A program made the position numbers and the translations under genes. DNA of 61,640 nucleotides, taken from an uncultured Lachnospiraceae bacterium (lineage in GTDB: Bacteria > Bacillota > Clostridia > Lachnospirales > Lachnospiraceae). This document shows, one piece after another, positions 1-9,029 of this stretch (positions are counted from its first letter, which is position 1; every line of letters begins with the position of its first letter). The stretch covers positions 1-61,640 of the forward strand of contig CAZTHP010000002.1 in NCBI GenBank assembly GCA_964613155.1, written 5' to 3'. The notes beneath the pieces were generated by a model. That model had not been told where the DNA came from. It saw only the letters and a program-made list of their open reading frames with translations, and made no database searches.

Positions 1-19
1 TACGAGGTTTATGAAGCAG

Positions 20-53
20 GAAGCCCATTGGCTTTAGACAATGGGTAGTTCAC
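20..53 (+). mobile_element. IS200/IS605-type right-end palindrome (element presumably extends left of the window)
   Basis: GAAGCCCATTGGCTTTAGACAATGGGTAGTTCAC: CCCATTG/CAATGGG hairpin followed by GTAGTTCAC, resembling Firmicute IS605/tnpB ends. Confidence 0.55.
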
Positions 54-162
54 AAGGTGGTAAGAGGTATAGAATTTTGATAAAATCAACTATTCTGACG
101 GTGTGTTTAATAATTTGAAAAAGAAGTATTTTTTTGGATAACCTAAAAATACACATAATATC

Positions 163-191
163 TTGACATATTTTTAGATGGATGTTAGAAT
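163..191 (+). promoter_or_regulatory. Sigma-A promoter of the T-box/por leader
   Basis: TTGACA(163-168)-17 bp-TAGAAT(186-191). Confidence 0.85.
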
Positions 192-219
192 GTTCATCGT
201 ATTAGGTTAATGAATTAAA

Positions 220-611
220 GCGTTGAATGGGATAAGTAACTGGAGATTACGTATTTCAGCGAGTGGCAGTTGATGGAAGTGTCGCAGCGGATTCCAGAGA
301 AGATCACCCAGGAGCTTCTGCATGAAACTGTATATTGGATTTAGAAGCCCAACTTTTGTAAGGCGGGGAAGTTTCCAATGTGTCATAAAACCCTTTGTTT
401 TCGTTAGAGGGAGTGTCAAAAGGAGTAGTGTTAGACGTGGGCTGCACGTTACAGCAGCGCCGAATTAGAATGAATGCTGATACGGGGGCTTGATACTGCC
501 GTAGGGCAGATAGAAGTTCTGATTTGGACAGAGTGCGGAAGTAATTCCGAATTCAGGTGGTAACGCGTGTAGAGCACGTCCTGGCTAGTGGTTCAGGATG
601 TGCTTTTTTTT
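220..611 (+). ncRNA. T-box riboswitch, Ile (AUC) specifier
   Basis: Stem I TGGG..ACTGGAGATT/GATTCCAG..CCCA with specifier loop AGAAG-ATC-A (ATC at 303-305); T-box AATTCAGGTGGTAACGCG at 550-567; terminator GCACGTCCTG..CAGGATGTGC plus T run (574-611). Confidence 0.9.
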
Positions 612-703
612 ACGCGAGCAGCGATGAAAATGCTGTGCTTGCATAAGTATTTGAGGAGCACCGCAGTAACTTGAGAAACTTGCAGCGCGTGTTTTTCATA
701 GTT
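609..703 (+). repeat. 95-bp double-hairpin dispersed element, copy 1
   Basis: Near-identical to the reverse complement of 12238-12332, 31399-31493 and 45226-45320. Confidence 0.9.
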
Positions 704-849
704 GAGCACAATCGCGCGAAACCTGTCAATTTTTGGTAACTATTTGGCTAATAATAGCTAATTAAGTGATTTGCAGCTGTTCAGAGCCAACACAGCGTAT
801 TTTGGAGGTTGGCATGAATCGTTACAACATTTTATAAGGAGAAAAGCAT

Positions 850-1422
850 ATGAACAACATTGTTGAAATCAGATGGCATGGCCGCGGCGGTCAGGGTGCA
901 AAGACAGCAGCGCTTTTGTTGGCAGATGTTGCATTCCAGACCGGCAAATATGTACAGGGATTTCCGGAGTATGGCCCGGAACGTATGGGAGCACCGATTA
1001 CCGCTTATAATCGAATCAGTGACACACAGATTCGGGTGCATTCCAATATTTATGACCCTGATTATGTAGTAGTAGTAGATGAAAGCTTGCTGGAGACTGT
1101 TGATGTTACAAAGGGTCTGAAGAAAGAAGGCGCAATTGTCATCAACACAGAAAAGACAAAGGAAGAAATCCTTCCTCACCTGCATGGTTATGAAGGAAAA
1201 GTTTACATCATTGATGCGAGAAAAGTTTCAATTGCAGCACTGGGTAAATATTTCCCGAATTCTCCTATGCTTGCAGCAATCGTTAAAGTAAGCGGTGTGA
1301 TGGATCGCGATACTTTTATGAAAGAAATGCGCAGCTCATTTGCTCATAAATTTGCTTCTAAACCGGAAGTAATTGAAGGAAATATGAAAGCACTGGAAAT
1401 GGCATTTGACGAAGTGCAGTAA
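850..1422 (+). CDS. porC: 2-oxoacid:ferredoxin oxidoreductase gamma subunit
   Basis: EIRWHGRGGQGAKTAA and PEYGPERMGAP motifs; RBS AAGGAG. Confidence 0.95.
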   Translation: MNNIVEIRWHGRGGQGAKTAALLLADVAFQTGKYVQGFPEYGPERMGAPITAYNRISDTQIRVHSNIYDPDYVVVVDESLLETVDVTKGLKKEGAIVINTEKTKEEILPHLHGYEGKVYIIDARKVSIAALGKYFPNSPMLAAIVKVSGVMDRDTFMKEMRSSFAHKFASKPEVIEGNMKALEMAFDEVQ

Positions 1423-1570
1423 ATATACGGCAAATATGCTGCAAACTACCCAGGAAATAATTAAATTGTATCAGTGAACTAATACAAAAAATACCAACCT
1501 CACTATTAGGCTTTGGTGCGAGAGGTACCCAATTGAAAAACAGGTACCGTGATAAGAAAGGATTAGAATA

Positions 1571-1876
1571 ATGGCTACAGATATGAATAAATTAAATGAA
1601 TCCTGCAGCTGGAGAGATCTGACAGAAGGTATGCAGATTTATGAAGGCGGCACTTCTGCTCAGTTCCATACAGGTGAATGGACTGCTGTTAAGCCGGATT
1701 TTGATGCAGAGAAATGTACACAGTGTCTGCTCTGCGTTCCGGTCTGTCCGGATAGTGCAATTCCGGTTTCCGATTATAAAAGAGGCGAATTTGACTATGA
1801 CCACTGCAAAGGCTGCGGTATTTGTGTAAATGCCTGCAAACCTGGCGCAATTACGATGAAAGGAGTAAATAAATAA
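1571..1876 (+). CDS. porD: 2-oxoacid:ferredoxin oxidoreductase delta subunit (2x[4Fe-4S])
   Basis: CTQCLLCVPVCP and CKGCGICVNAC; TGEW motif. Confidence 0.95.
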   Translation: MATDMNKLNESCSWRDLTEGMQIYEGGTSAQFHTGEWTAVKPDFDAEKCTQCLLCVPVCPDSAIPVSDYKRGEFDYDHCKGCGICVNACKPGAITMKGVNK

Positions 1877-3054
1877 TGGCTAAAAGAGATCGTTTATCTG
1901 GTAATGAAGCGGTTGCAGAAGCACTGCGTCAGATCAATCCTGACGTTATGCCTGCATTTCCGATTACTCCTTCCACTGAAATCCCTCAGTATTTCTCAAA
2001 ATTTGTAGCAAACGGACAGGTAGATACCGAATTTATTCCCGTTGAATCCGAACATAGTGCGATGAGTGCTGCAATTGGTGCAGAAGCAGCTGGTGCCAGA
2101 ACATTATCTGCAACATCTTCCTGTGGTATGGCATATATGTGGGAAGAATTATACATTGCAGCATCAAACCGTCTGCCGATCGCATTGGCATTAGTAAACC
2201 GTGCGTTATCCGGCCCGATCAATATCAACTGCGATCACTCCGATTCTATGGGCGCAAGAGATGCTGGCTGGATTCAGATTTATGCAGAAAACAACCAGGA
2301 AGCTTACGATAATATGGTACAGGCTTTCCGTATTGCAGAACATAAAGATGTACGTCTTCCGATCATGATCTGCCAGGACGGTTTTATTACCAGTCATGCA
2401 GTAGAAAATATCATTTTGATGGAAGATGAAGAAGTAAAGAATTTTGTTGGAGAATATCATCCCGAACATTACATGCTGAATCCGAATGAAACGATGGCAG
2501 TTGGACCTTATTCTGTAACAAACTTCTATATGGAAGCAAAACGTGCGCAGGCAGAGGGTCTGCACAATGCTAAACGTGTTGTAAAAGAAGTAGCAGATGA
2601 ATTTGCACAGATCACAGGCAGACAGTATGGCTGGTTTGAAGAATACCAGATGGAAGATGCAGAATATGCGATGGTTCTGATCGGTTCTGCTGCTGGTACT
2701 GCAAAAGATGCAGTTGACAAGCTTCGTGCAGAAGGTAAAAAGGTTGGTCTGATCAAGATTCGTATGTTCCGTCCTTTCCCCGCTGCTGAAATTGCAGAAG
2801 CTCTGAAAAATGTAAAAGCCGTTGCGTTGATGGATCGTACCGAAAGCTACAACGACCATGGCGGTCCGATCGGTGCAGAAGTAATGGCTGCGCTGTATCG
2901 TGCAAAAGCATCTTGCGAAGCAGTAAATTATGTATATGGTCTGGGCGGCCGCGATGTACGTGTAGAGCATATTGAAGGTGTTTACGCAGAACTGGAAAAA
3001 GTAGCAGCAGAAGGTACAGATAACGTATATCGTTATATGGGCTTAAGAGAGTAA
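1876..3054 (+). CDS. porA: 2-oxoacid:ferredoxin oxidoreductase alpha subunit
   Basis: SGNEAVA, FPITPSTEI, ESEHSA, GLGGRD motifs. Confidence 0.95.
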   Translation: MAKRDRLSGNEAVAEALRQINPDVMPAFPITPSTEIPQYFSKFVANGQVDTEFIPVESEHSAMSAAIGAEAAGARTLSATSSCGMAYMWEELYIAASNRLPIALALVNRALSGPININCDHSDSMGARDAGWIQIYAENNQEAYDNMVQAFRIAEHKDVRLPIMICQDGFITSHAVENIILMEDEEVKNFVGEYHPEHYMLNPNETMAVGPYSVTNFYMEAKRAQAEGLHNAKRVVKEVADEFAQITGRQYGWFEEYQMEDAEYAMVLIGSAAGTAKDAVDKLRAEGKKVGLIKIRMFRPFPAAEIAEALKNVKAVALMDRTESYNDHGGPIGAEVMAALYRAKASCEAVNYVYGLGGRDVRVEHIEGVYAELEKVAAEGTDNVYRYMGLRE

Positions 3055-3075
3055 TCGAGATCAGGAGGAACTACT

Positions 3076-4005
3076 ATGAGTTACAATTTTAAAGAAGTTA
3101 TGAATCGTCCTGAGCGTCTGGCTCCGGGCCACAGAATGTGTGCAGGCTGCGGCGGTACGATTGCAGCAAGAAATGTACTGCGTGCTCTGCATGAAGGCGA
3201 TAAAGCAGTTATCGGTAATGCAACAGGCTGTTTGGAAGTTTCCACCTTTATGTATCCTTACGTAGCATATCAGGACAGCTATATCCACAATGCATTTGAA
3301 AATGCAGGCGCAACGATGAGTGGCGTTGAAGGTGCGTACAATGCACTTCGCCGTAAAGGAAAATTAGATGAAACCTATAAATTTATCACCTTCGGCGGTG
3401 ACGGCGGTACTTACGATATCGGTCTGCAGTCCTTATCCGGCGCAATGGAAAGAAACCATGATATGGTTTACGTTTGCTATGACAACGGCGCGTATATGAA
3501 CACCGGTATTCAGCGTTCCTCAGCAACACCGATGTTTGCGGATACCACTACAACACCTGTAGGAAGCCAGTCAAATGGTAAACCGCAGAACCGGAAGGAT
3601 TTGGCACAGGTTATCGCAGCACATGACATTCCTTATGTAGCACAGACAACCTTTACTAAAAACTTCAAAGACCTGCATACAAAAGCAGAAAAAGCAATCT
3701 ACACACCTGGCGCAGCATTCTTAAATATTATGGCACCCTGCCCCAGAGGATGGAGATACAACACACCGGATATTATGGAAATCTGCCGTTTAGGTATGGA
3801 AACCTGCTACTGGCCGTTATTCGAAGTCATCGAAGGAAAATGGGTTCTGAACTACACACCCAAGCAGAAACTGCCCGTAGAAGATTTCCTGATCAAACAG
3901 GGTCGTTTCAAACATCTGTTTAAGAAAGGCAATGAATATCTCATCGAAGAATTCCAGAAAGAAGTCGATAGAAGATGGGAAGACCTCTTAAAGAGATGTG
4001 AATAA
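3076..4005 (+). CDS. porB: 2-oxoacid:ferredoxin oxidoreductase beta subunit (TPP-binding)
   Basis: CAGCG, TGCLEV, GGDGGTYDIG...YDNGAYMNTGIQ, PCPRGW. Confidence 0.95.
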   Translation: MSYNFKEVMNRPERLAPGHRMCAGCGGTIAARNVLRALHEGDKAVIGNATGCLEVSTFMYPYVAYQDSYIHNAFENAGATMSGVEGAYNALRRKGKLDETYKFITFGGDGGTYDIGLQSLSGAMERNHDMVYVCYDNGAYMNTGIQRSSATPMFADTTTTPVGSQSNGKPQNRKDLAQVIAAHDIPYVAQTTFTKNFKDLHTKAEKAIYTPGAAFLNIMAPCPRGWRYNTPDIMEICRLGMETCYWPLFEVIEGKWVLNYTPKQKLPVEDFLIKQGRFKHLFKKGNEYLIEEFQKEVDRRWEDLLKRCE

Positions 4006-4304
4006 AAAATGTAAATAGGGATGGACAGGTGGAAAGATTGATCAGAATCGATTCCGTTGGAAACAATCCGGAATGTATTTTCACAACCCTATTATAATAG
4101 GAAGAAACCCATCCCAAATCATTCCAATTCAGGTGGAAATCCCTTGTAATTTAAGGAAGTTTAGATGAAAATGAACCAATCTAAATTTAGACAAGAAACC
4201 ATGTAATCTGAAAAGATTTCGATGAAAATACGTTTATCTACATTTATAGAAAAATATCGAAATCTGAGAGGATTTGGATAGAAACCACCGTAATTAAATC
4301 AGAG

Positions 4305-4345
4305 ACCTCCGCTTTGTAGTACAGAGCGGAGGTTATTTGTTTATT
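4305..4345 (+). terminator. Intrinsic terminator after the por operon
   Basis: ACCTCCGCTTTG-tagta-CAGAGCGGAGGT plus T-rich tail. Confidence 0.75.
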
Positions 4346-4480
4346 TATCAATTGCTGTCTGGTCTATCAATTGTTGTTTGGTCTATCAATTGCTATCTGA
4401 TTCATCAACTGCTGTTTATTTTATCAATTGCTGTTTGGTCTATCAATTGCTATCTGATTCATCAATTGCTGTCTGGTCTG
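4344..4480. repeat. Degenerate short tandem repeat (TATCAATTGCTGTCTGGTC-like, ~19 bp)
   Basis: ATCAATTG-containing unit repeated about 7 times. Confidence 0.8.
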
Positions 4481-4627
4481 CCAGTTGATTCTTTGTGCTA
4501 TCCGTGGATTGTCGAAATTCGAGCCTTGATTTTCAAACAGATTGCATATTTATTAATAATATAGACTCTGTTAAAATAAATGCAGATTGATACATTTCTT
4601 TAACAAATACTGAGGGAGGATATATTG

Positions 4628-5632
4628 ATGTTAACGACAAAGAACAATTTTTTGGAAACCATTAAAAAAGGCGGTAATCCTGATCGCGTGGTCAATCAGT
4701 ATGAGGCAACGATTCCGATTATGATCGATCCTGTTCAGAAATATACGAGAGGAAATCGTGTAAAAGGAAAGACTACAAAAGATCGTTGGGGTACTGAAAT
4801 CGCATGGCCGGAGGATCAGATGTTTGCGATGCCTCATATTACAGCGGATAATAAAGTATGTCCCGATGTTACGGAATGGAGAAAGTATGTAACAGTGCCG
4901 GATTTGGTGGCAAATTGTTCCAATCCTGCTGACTGGGAACCGGCTTTAGAGGCAGCTGCTAAAATTGACCGGGAAGATAAAATGGTGATGTCTTTCATGG
5001 GAACCGGCGTTTTCGAAGAACTGCATCATTTGATGGGATTTGAGGATACGTTAATGAATCTGCTGTTAGAGCCGGATGATATGCTGGAATTAGCAGAAGC
5101 AATTGGAGAATATCGTTTCCAGTATACCAAATTGCTGGTAGATTATATGAAACCTGATGTGATTATTTCCCATGATGACTGGGGCAGCAAAACCAATTTA
5201 TTTATGAGCCCGGAGGTTTGGAGAGAAATCATCAAACCGCAGTATGTGAAAATGTATGGTTATATGAAAGAACACGGTGTGATCATTATGCATCATGCGG
5301 ATTCCTTCTGCGAACCGATTGTAGAAGATATGGTGGAACTTGGAATTGATGTATGGCAGGGCGTTTTACCGACAAATGATATTCCCGCAATCCAGAAACA
5401 GCTGAATGGTCGGATGGCTTTGATGGGCGGTATTGATTCGGTAATCGACCGCGCAGGTGTATCAGAGGAAGAAGTACGTGCAGAAGTACGCCGTGCATGC
5501 CGTGAATATGTACCTGGCGGCAACTTTATTCCCAGTTTGACCTATGGTCTGCCTGGTGCAATGTTCAAAGAATTAGATCCCATCATTTATGATGAAATTC
5601 AGAGATACAGCAAGGAAGAATTTGAAAAATAA
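4628..5632 (+). CDS. Uroporphyrinogen decarboxylase superfamily protein (MtaA/CmuA-like corrinoid methyltransferase)
   Basis: DRWG, GFEDTLMNL, HDDWGSK, MSPEVWRE, HHADS, LMGGID and GGNFIPS match the URO-D/MT2 TIM-barrel family. Confidence 0.8.
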   Translation: MLTTKNNFLETIKKGGNPDRVVNQYEATIPIMIDPVQKYTRGNRVKGKTTKDRWGTEIAWPEDQMFAMPHITADNKVCPDVTEWRKYVTVPDLVANCSNPADWEPALEAAAKIDREDKMVMSFMGTGVFEELHHLMGFEDTLMNLLLEPDDMLELAEAIGEYRFQYTKLLVDYMKPDVIISHDDWGSKTNLFMSPEVWREIIKPQYVKMYGYMKEHGVIIMHHADSFCEPIVEDMVELGIDVWQGVLPTNDIPAIQKQLNGRMALMGGIDSVIDRAGVSEEEVRAEVRRACREYVPGGNFIPSLTYGLPGAMFKELDPIIYDEIQRYSKEEFEK

Positions 5633-5635
5633 AAA

Positions 5636-5985
5636 CCTGCCGGAGAACGGCTTTCCCAAAAGCAGATAGCAGATAAAAGAACATCTGTGGGAGAGTGGTT
5701 TCCCAAAAGCAGATAGCAGATAAAGGAACGTCTGTGGGAGAGTGGTTTCCCAAAAACAGATAGCGAATAAAGGAACATCTGTAGGAGAGTGGTTTCCCAA
5801 AAACAGATAGCGAATAAAGGAACATCTGTAGGAGAGCGGTTTCCCAAAAACAGATAGCGAATAAAGGAACATCTGCAGGAAAACGGTTTCCAAGAAGCAG
5901 ATAGCAGATAAAGAAAAATCTTGCAGGAGAATATTTTCCCAAAAGCAGATAGCGAATAAGCGAATAAAGGAACGTCTGCAAGAGA
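5636..5985. repeat. Tandem repeat, ~47-bp unit x ~7
   Basis: GGTTTCCCAAAAACAGATAGCGAATAAAGGAACATCTGTAGGAGAGT repeated head-to-tail, no spacers. Confidence 0.95.
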
Positions 5986-6142
5986 ACGATTTTTAAAATG
6001 GTGCGAAAGAAAGAAGATGATTTTCGTTGGTAGTGATTTTCTTTGGAGAGAATTACAGATGAAAGTCATCTTTTTTTCTGATATAATCGGTGTGACAATA
6101 ATTGGAAAAAATTGTAAATTCATGGTTATGAGGGGTGGTATC

Positions 6143-7750
6143 ATGGTTTCAATTCGAAGAAATGCAGGGAGATTAAAACGGTTTTACCTGAATATGCAGA
6201 TGATCGTTGATGAATTGCAGGAAAAGGACATGATGTTTCGCTATTGTCCGGGGGATTCTTCTGAGGAATTGCTGGATGTTCGGATTTATCAGGAAATGTT
6301 TCCGCTGAATTGTTTGGAACGTCATCAGCTTTTAATCGTAACGGCAAAGATGTTCCGCGAACGGTTTCTGGAAGGTTCACAGGGGAGTTTTCTGGTGATC
6401 GGAGAGGTAAAGGAGTTTCGAAATGATCTGCGGGCAGTGGTTTTTCTGGAGGAGGATGTAGACGTTCTGGAACTTTTGAATCTGGTACAGGATGTATTTG
6501 AGCGAAATAATCAGTGGGTTGGAAAGCTGAAGGATGCGATGCTGGAAGATTGTACTTTAAATGAGCTGTGTGAAATCTCGCAGCCGTATTTTCAGAATCC
6601 ATTATTTATCCACAATCCGCAATTTTATATTTTGGGAACTTCTGGATGGGTTACGGGGATGTCGGAGTGGGATTATGACCAGACAACCGGCAGAGATATG
6701 GTCAGCACCGACCTGATTAATTATTTTAAAACGGATCAAGAATATCTGGATACGCTGGATACCTCTGGGGCACAGGTTTATGTTGGGGATTTTCGTTCTT
6801 TTCGCTGCGCGTATGTCAATCTTTGGAATACGGCAGGTGGTTATGAGGGGCGGCTGTGTATCAATGAACTGCAGACTTCGATCAAACCGGGGCAGATCCA
6901 CGCGATGGAGTATTTGGCAGGGCTGATTATTCTCTTTTTACAGAAGAAAGCGATCAACGAACAGAGCAGTGTACAGCCTTTTGAACGTTTTCTTTGTGAA
7001 ATATTGGAAGGAACGGCAGAGCCGCATGGGATTTATGATACGTTGCTGGAACGGCAGGGATGGAATTTGCAGGATCGGTTTATTTGTGTGAAATTATCGG
7101 TTTCGCAGCGTGATATTCACACGCGCTCGGTGACGGGAATCTGCAATTTAATCCGGGCAGAGTTTGAAGCGGCTTGCGCCTTTCCTTATGAAAATCATAT
7201 TCTGGCGGTTTTGAATTTAACGAAAATGCAGATGAATTTGAATGAATGTTTGTCTCGATTTTCCACGATTTTGAGAGAAGGTTTGCTGAAAGCAGGAAGC
7301 AGCAATGAATTTCAGGATTTATTTGAATTGCCGCAGGCTTATCGGCAGGCGGATATCGCATTGATTTATGGAAATCAAAGAAGTCCGATGAAATGGTGTC
7401 ATAAATTTCAGGAAATCGCGATGTACTACTGCATTTGCCAGGTCTGTCAGAATTTGGAGCCGCATGCAGTCTGCGCACCGGGTCTGCTGAAGCTGCAGGC
7501 GTATGACCAGGAAAATGAATCGGACCTCTATCATACGTTAGATATTTACCTTCAAACAGACCGCAATACGGTACAAACTGCGCAGAAATTGTATATCCAT
7601 CGAAGTACCCTTTTTTATCGGCTCAATAAGATTAAAAAAATACTGGAAATGGATTTGGAGGATTATGAAGAATGTCTCTATCTTCGCTTTTCCCTCTATA
7701 TGATGAGCCAGCTGCCGACCGCAGAACCACCAGAAAATTTCGGCAGTTGA
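6143..7750 (+). CDS. PucR/CdaR-family transcriptional regulator
   Basis: C-terminal YDQENESDLYHTLDIYL..NTVQTAQKLYIHRSTLFYRLNKI helix-turn-helix; start chosen by RBS GAGGGGTGG. Confidence 0.88.
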   Translation: MVSIRRNAGRLKRFYLNMQMIVDELQEKDMMFRYCPGDSSEELLDVRIYQEMFPLNCLERHQLLIVTAKMFRERFLEGSQGSFLVIGEVKEFRNDLRAVVFLEEDVDVLELLNLVQDVFERNNQWVGKLKDAMLEDCTLNELCEISQPYFQNPLFIHNPQFYILGTSGWVTGMSEWDYDQTTGRDMVSTDLINYFKTDQEYLDTLDTSGAQVYVGDFRSFRCAYVNLWNTAGGYEGRLCINELQTSIKPGQIHAMEYLAGLIILFLQKKAINEQSSVQPFERFLCEILEGTAEPHGIYDTLLERQGWNLQDRFICVKLSVSQRDIHTRSVTGICNLIRAEFEAACAFPYENHILAVLNLTKMQMNLNECLSRFSTILREGLLKAGSSNEFQDLFELPQAYRQADIALIYGNQRSPMKWCHKFQEIAMYYCICQVCQNLEPHAVCAPGLLKLQAYDQENESDLYHTLDIYLQTDRNTVQTAQKLYIHRSTLFYRLNKIKKILEMDLEDYEECLYLRFSLYMMSQLPTAEPPENFGS

Positions 7751-7990
7751 GCTGAAAAAGAGCAGAAGATCTTATCAGCTGGAAATCCTTGAAGATTTCA
7801 CAGCCTGTGAGCAGCTGAAAAGTTGTATCAGTTGAAACCTATCGAAGATTTCACAGCCTGTGAGCAGCTGAAAAGCTGTATCAGCTGGAAACCCTTGAAG
7901 GTTTCACAGCCTGCGAGCAGCTGAAAGCTGTATCAGCTGAAAAGCATCAAAGCTTTTACTGTTAGTGAGCAGCTGAAAAATACTGAAAAG
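7750..7990. repeat. Tandem repeat, ~51-bp unit x ~4-5, between convergent genes
   Basis: GAGCAGCTGAAAAGCTGTATCAGCTGGAAACC..GAAGATTTCACAGCCTGT units. Confidence 0.85.
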
Positions 7991-8005
7991 TTTCAGCCGA
8001 CCGCT

Positions 8006-8533
8006 TTATACATGGAATCGGTCGTATTCTTCAAAACAGTCCAGACATAATTTTTGATCACCCTGCAGTCGAATCCAGTTCGAGCCGGTTACTTCTCCGC
8101 AGCAGTCGCAGGTGATCGAAGTGAAGATTCGAGCTGATTCGGGCAATTTGATTTTCGTTTCTTTCACATCAAATAATTCGCAGGGCTTTTTGGTCTGGTA
8201 GTAGGCAAAGGATTCTTCCTTGGTCATACCTGCCGGTTTGGGTTTCAATACCAGACGAACGGATTTTCCGGTTTTGCGATTATAAAAAGAAAAAGCTTGT
8301 TTTCCGCGCATATGGAAAAGGAGATTTCCTTTTCCAGCGGAGCAGCCTAAAATGACCTGGATCGCATCGATTCCGCAGGCATCATTTTCCGAGATACAAA
8401 CCACTTCTTCATCATTTGAAAAGGTCAATTCTAATAATTCGATTGCGTAGGATGCGGCTTGATAGCCGATGGCAAGTCCGCCACAGGAATGTCCATGGAA
8501 CGATACGCATTTTTCCCAGAGTTCTTTGTTCAT
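8006..8533 (-). CDS. FmdE-family protein with C-terminal zinc finger
   Basis: FHGHSCGGLAIG, ENDACGIDAIQ, GCSAGKGNL, CDCCGE...CLDC. Confidence 0.9.
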   Translation of the reverse strand: MNKELWEKCVSFHGHSCGGLAIGYQAASYAIELLELTFSNDEEVVCISENDACGIDAIQVILGCSAGKGNLLFHMRGKQAFSFYNRKTGKSVRLVLKPKPAGMTKEESFAYYQTKKPCELFDVKETKIKLPESARIFTSITCDCCGEVTGSNWIRLQGDQKLCLDCFEEYDRFHV

Positions 8534-8683
8534 AATAAAAATAGTTCCTTTCTGTTTGCTAAGTGTACAGGTAGAGGTTATACGTTAAGATTTTTCTTAG
8601 CAACTCTACATTACGTGCACGTTTTTTGTGTTAAGGTTATTCTGACAACATAAACATACACAAAATTATTAAAAATTAATAGT

Positions 8684-8723
8684 GTTATCCATCCCCCCCC
8701 TAAAGGAGTGGGCTTTTCGCACA
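8684..8723 (-). mobile_element. IS200/IS605-type end palindrome remnant
   Basis: Minus strand TGTGCGAAAAGCCCACTCCTTTAGGGGGGGGATGGATAAC, near-identical to 33288-33339. Confidence 0.6.
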
Positions 8724-9029
8724 TTCATTGTAACATTTTACCGTGTTAGGGGCAAGCGGCGCAGCTTCCATAGGATAAGGATGTGCCAACAGTGTTGTGA
8801 TTTTACTGGGGGCAGCTTCTGTACATTATGAATAAAAAACTATACTATATATAAAGATATAAATATTTGATTATAACAATACGACCGCTTATAATGAAAC
8901 CAAAGAAAGGAAACAATGAGCGAACGGCGGCAAAAACTACGAACTGGAAAAACCAGTGATTTGAAAACTAGAAAACTAGAGATTTACAGAGTGCTGCCGA
9001 TGCGCGGATCGATAGAGAGGAGATTTATT

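Noticed and set aside
5636-5985. Possible CRISPR array (also 36020-36230 and 7750-7990)
   Set aside because: Units are contiguous with no unique spacers, and there are no cas genes in the window.
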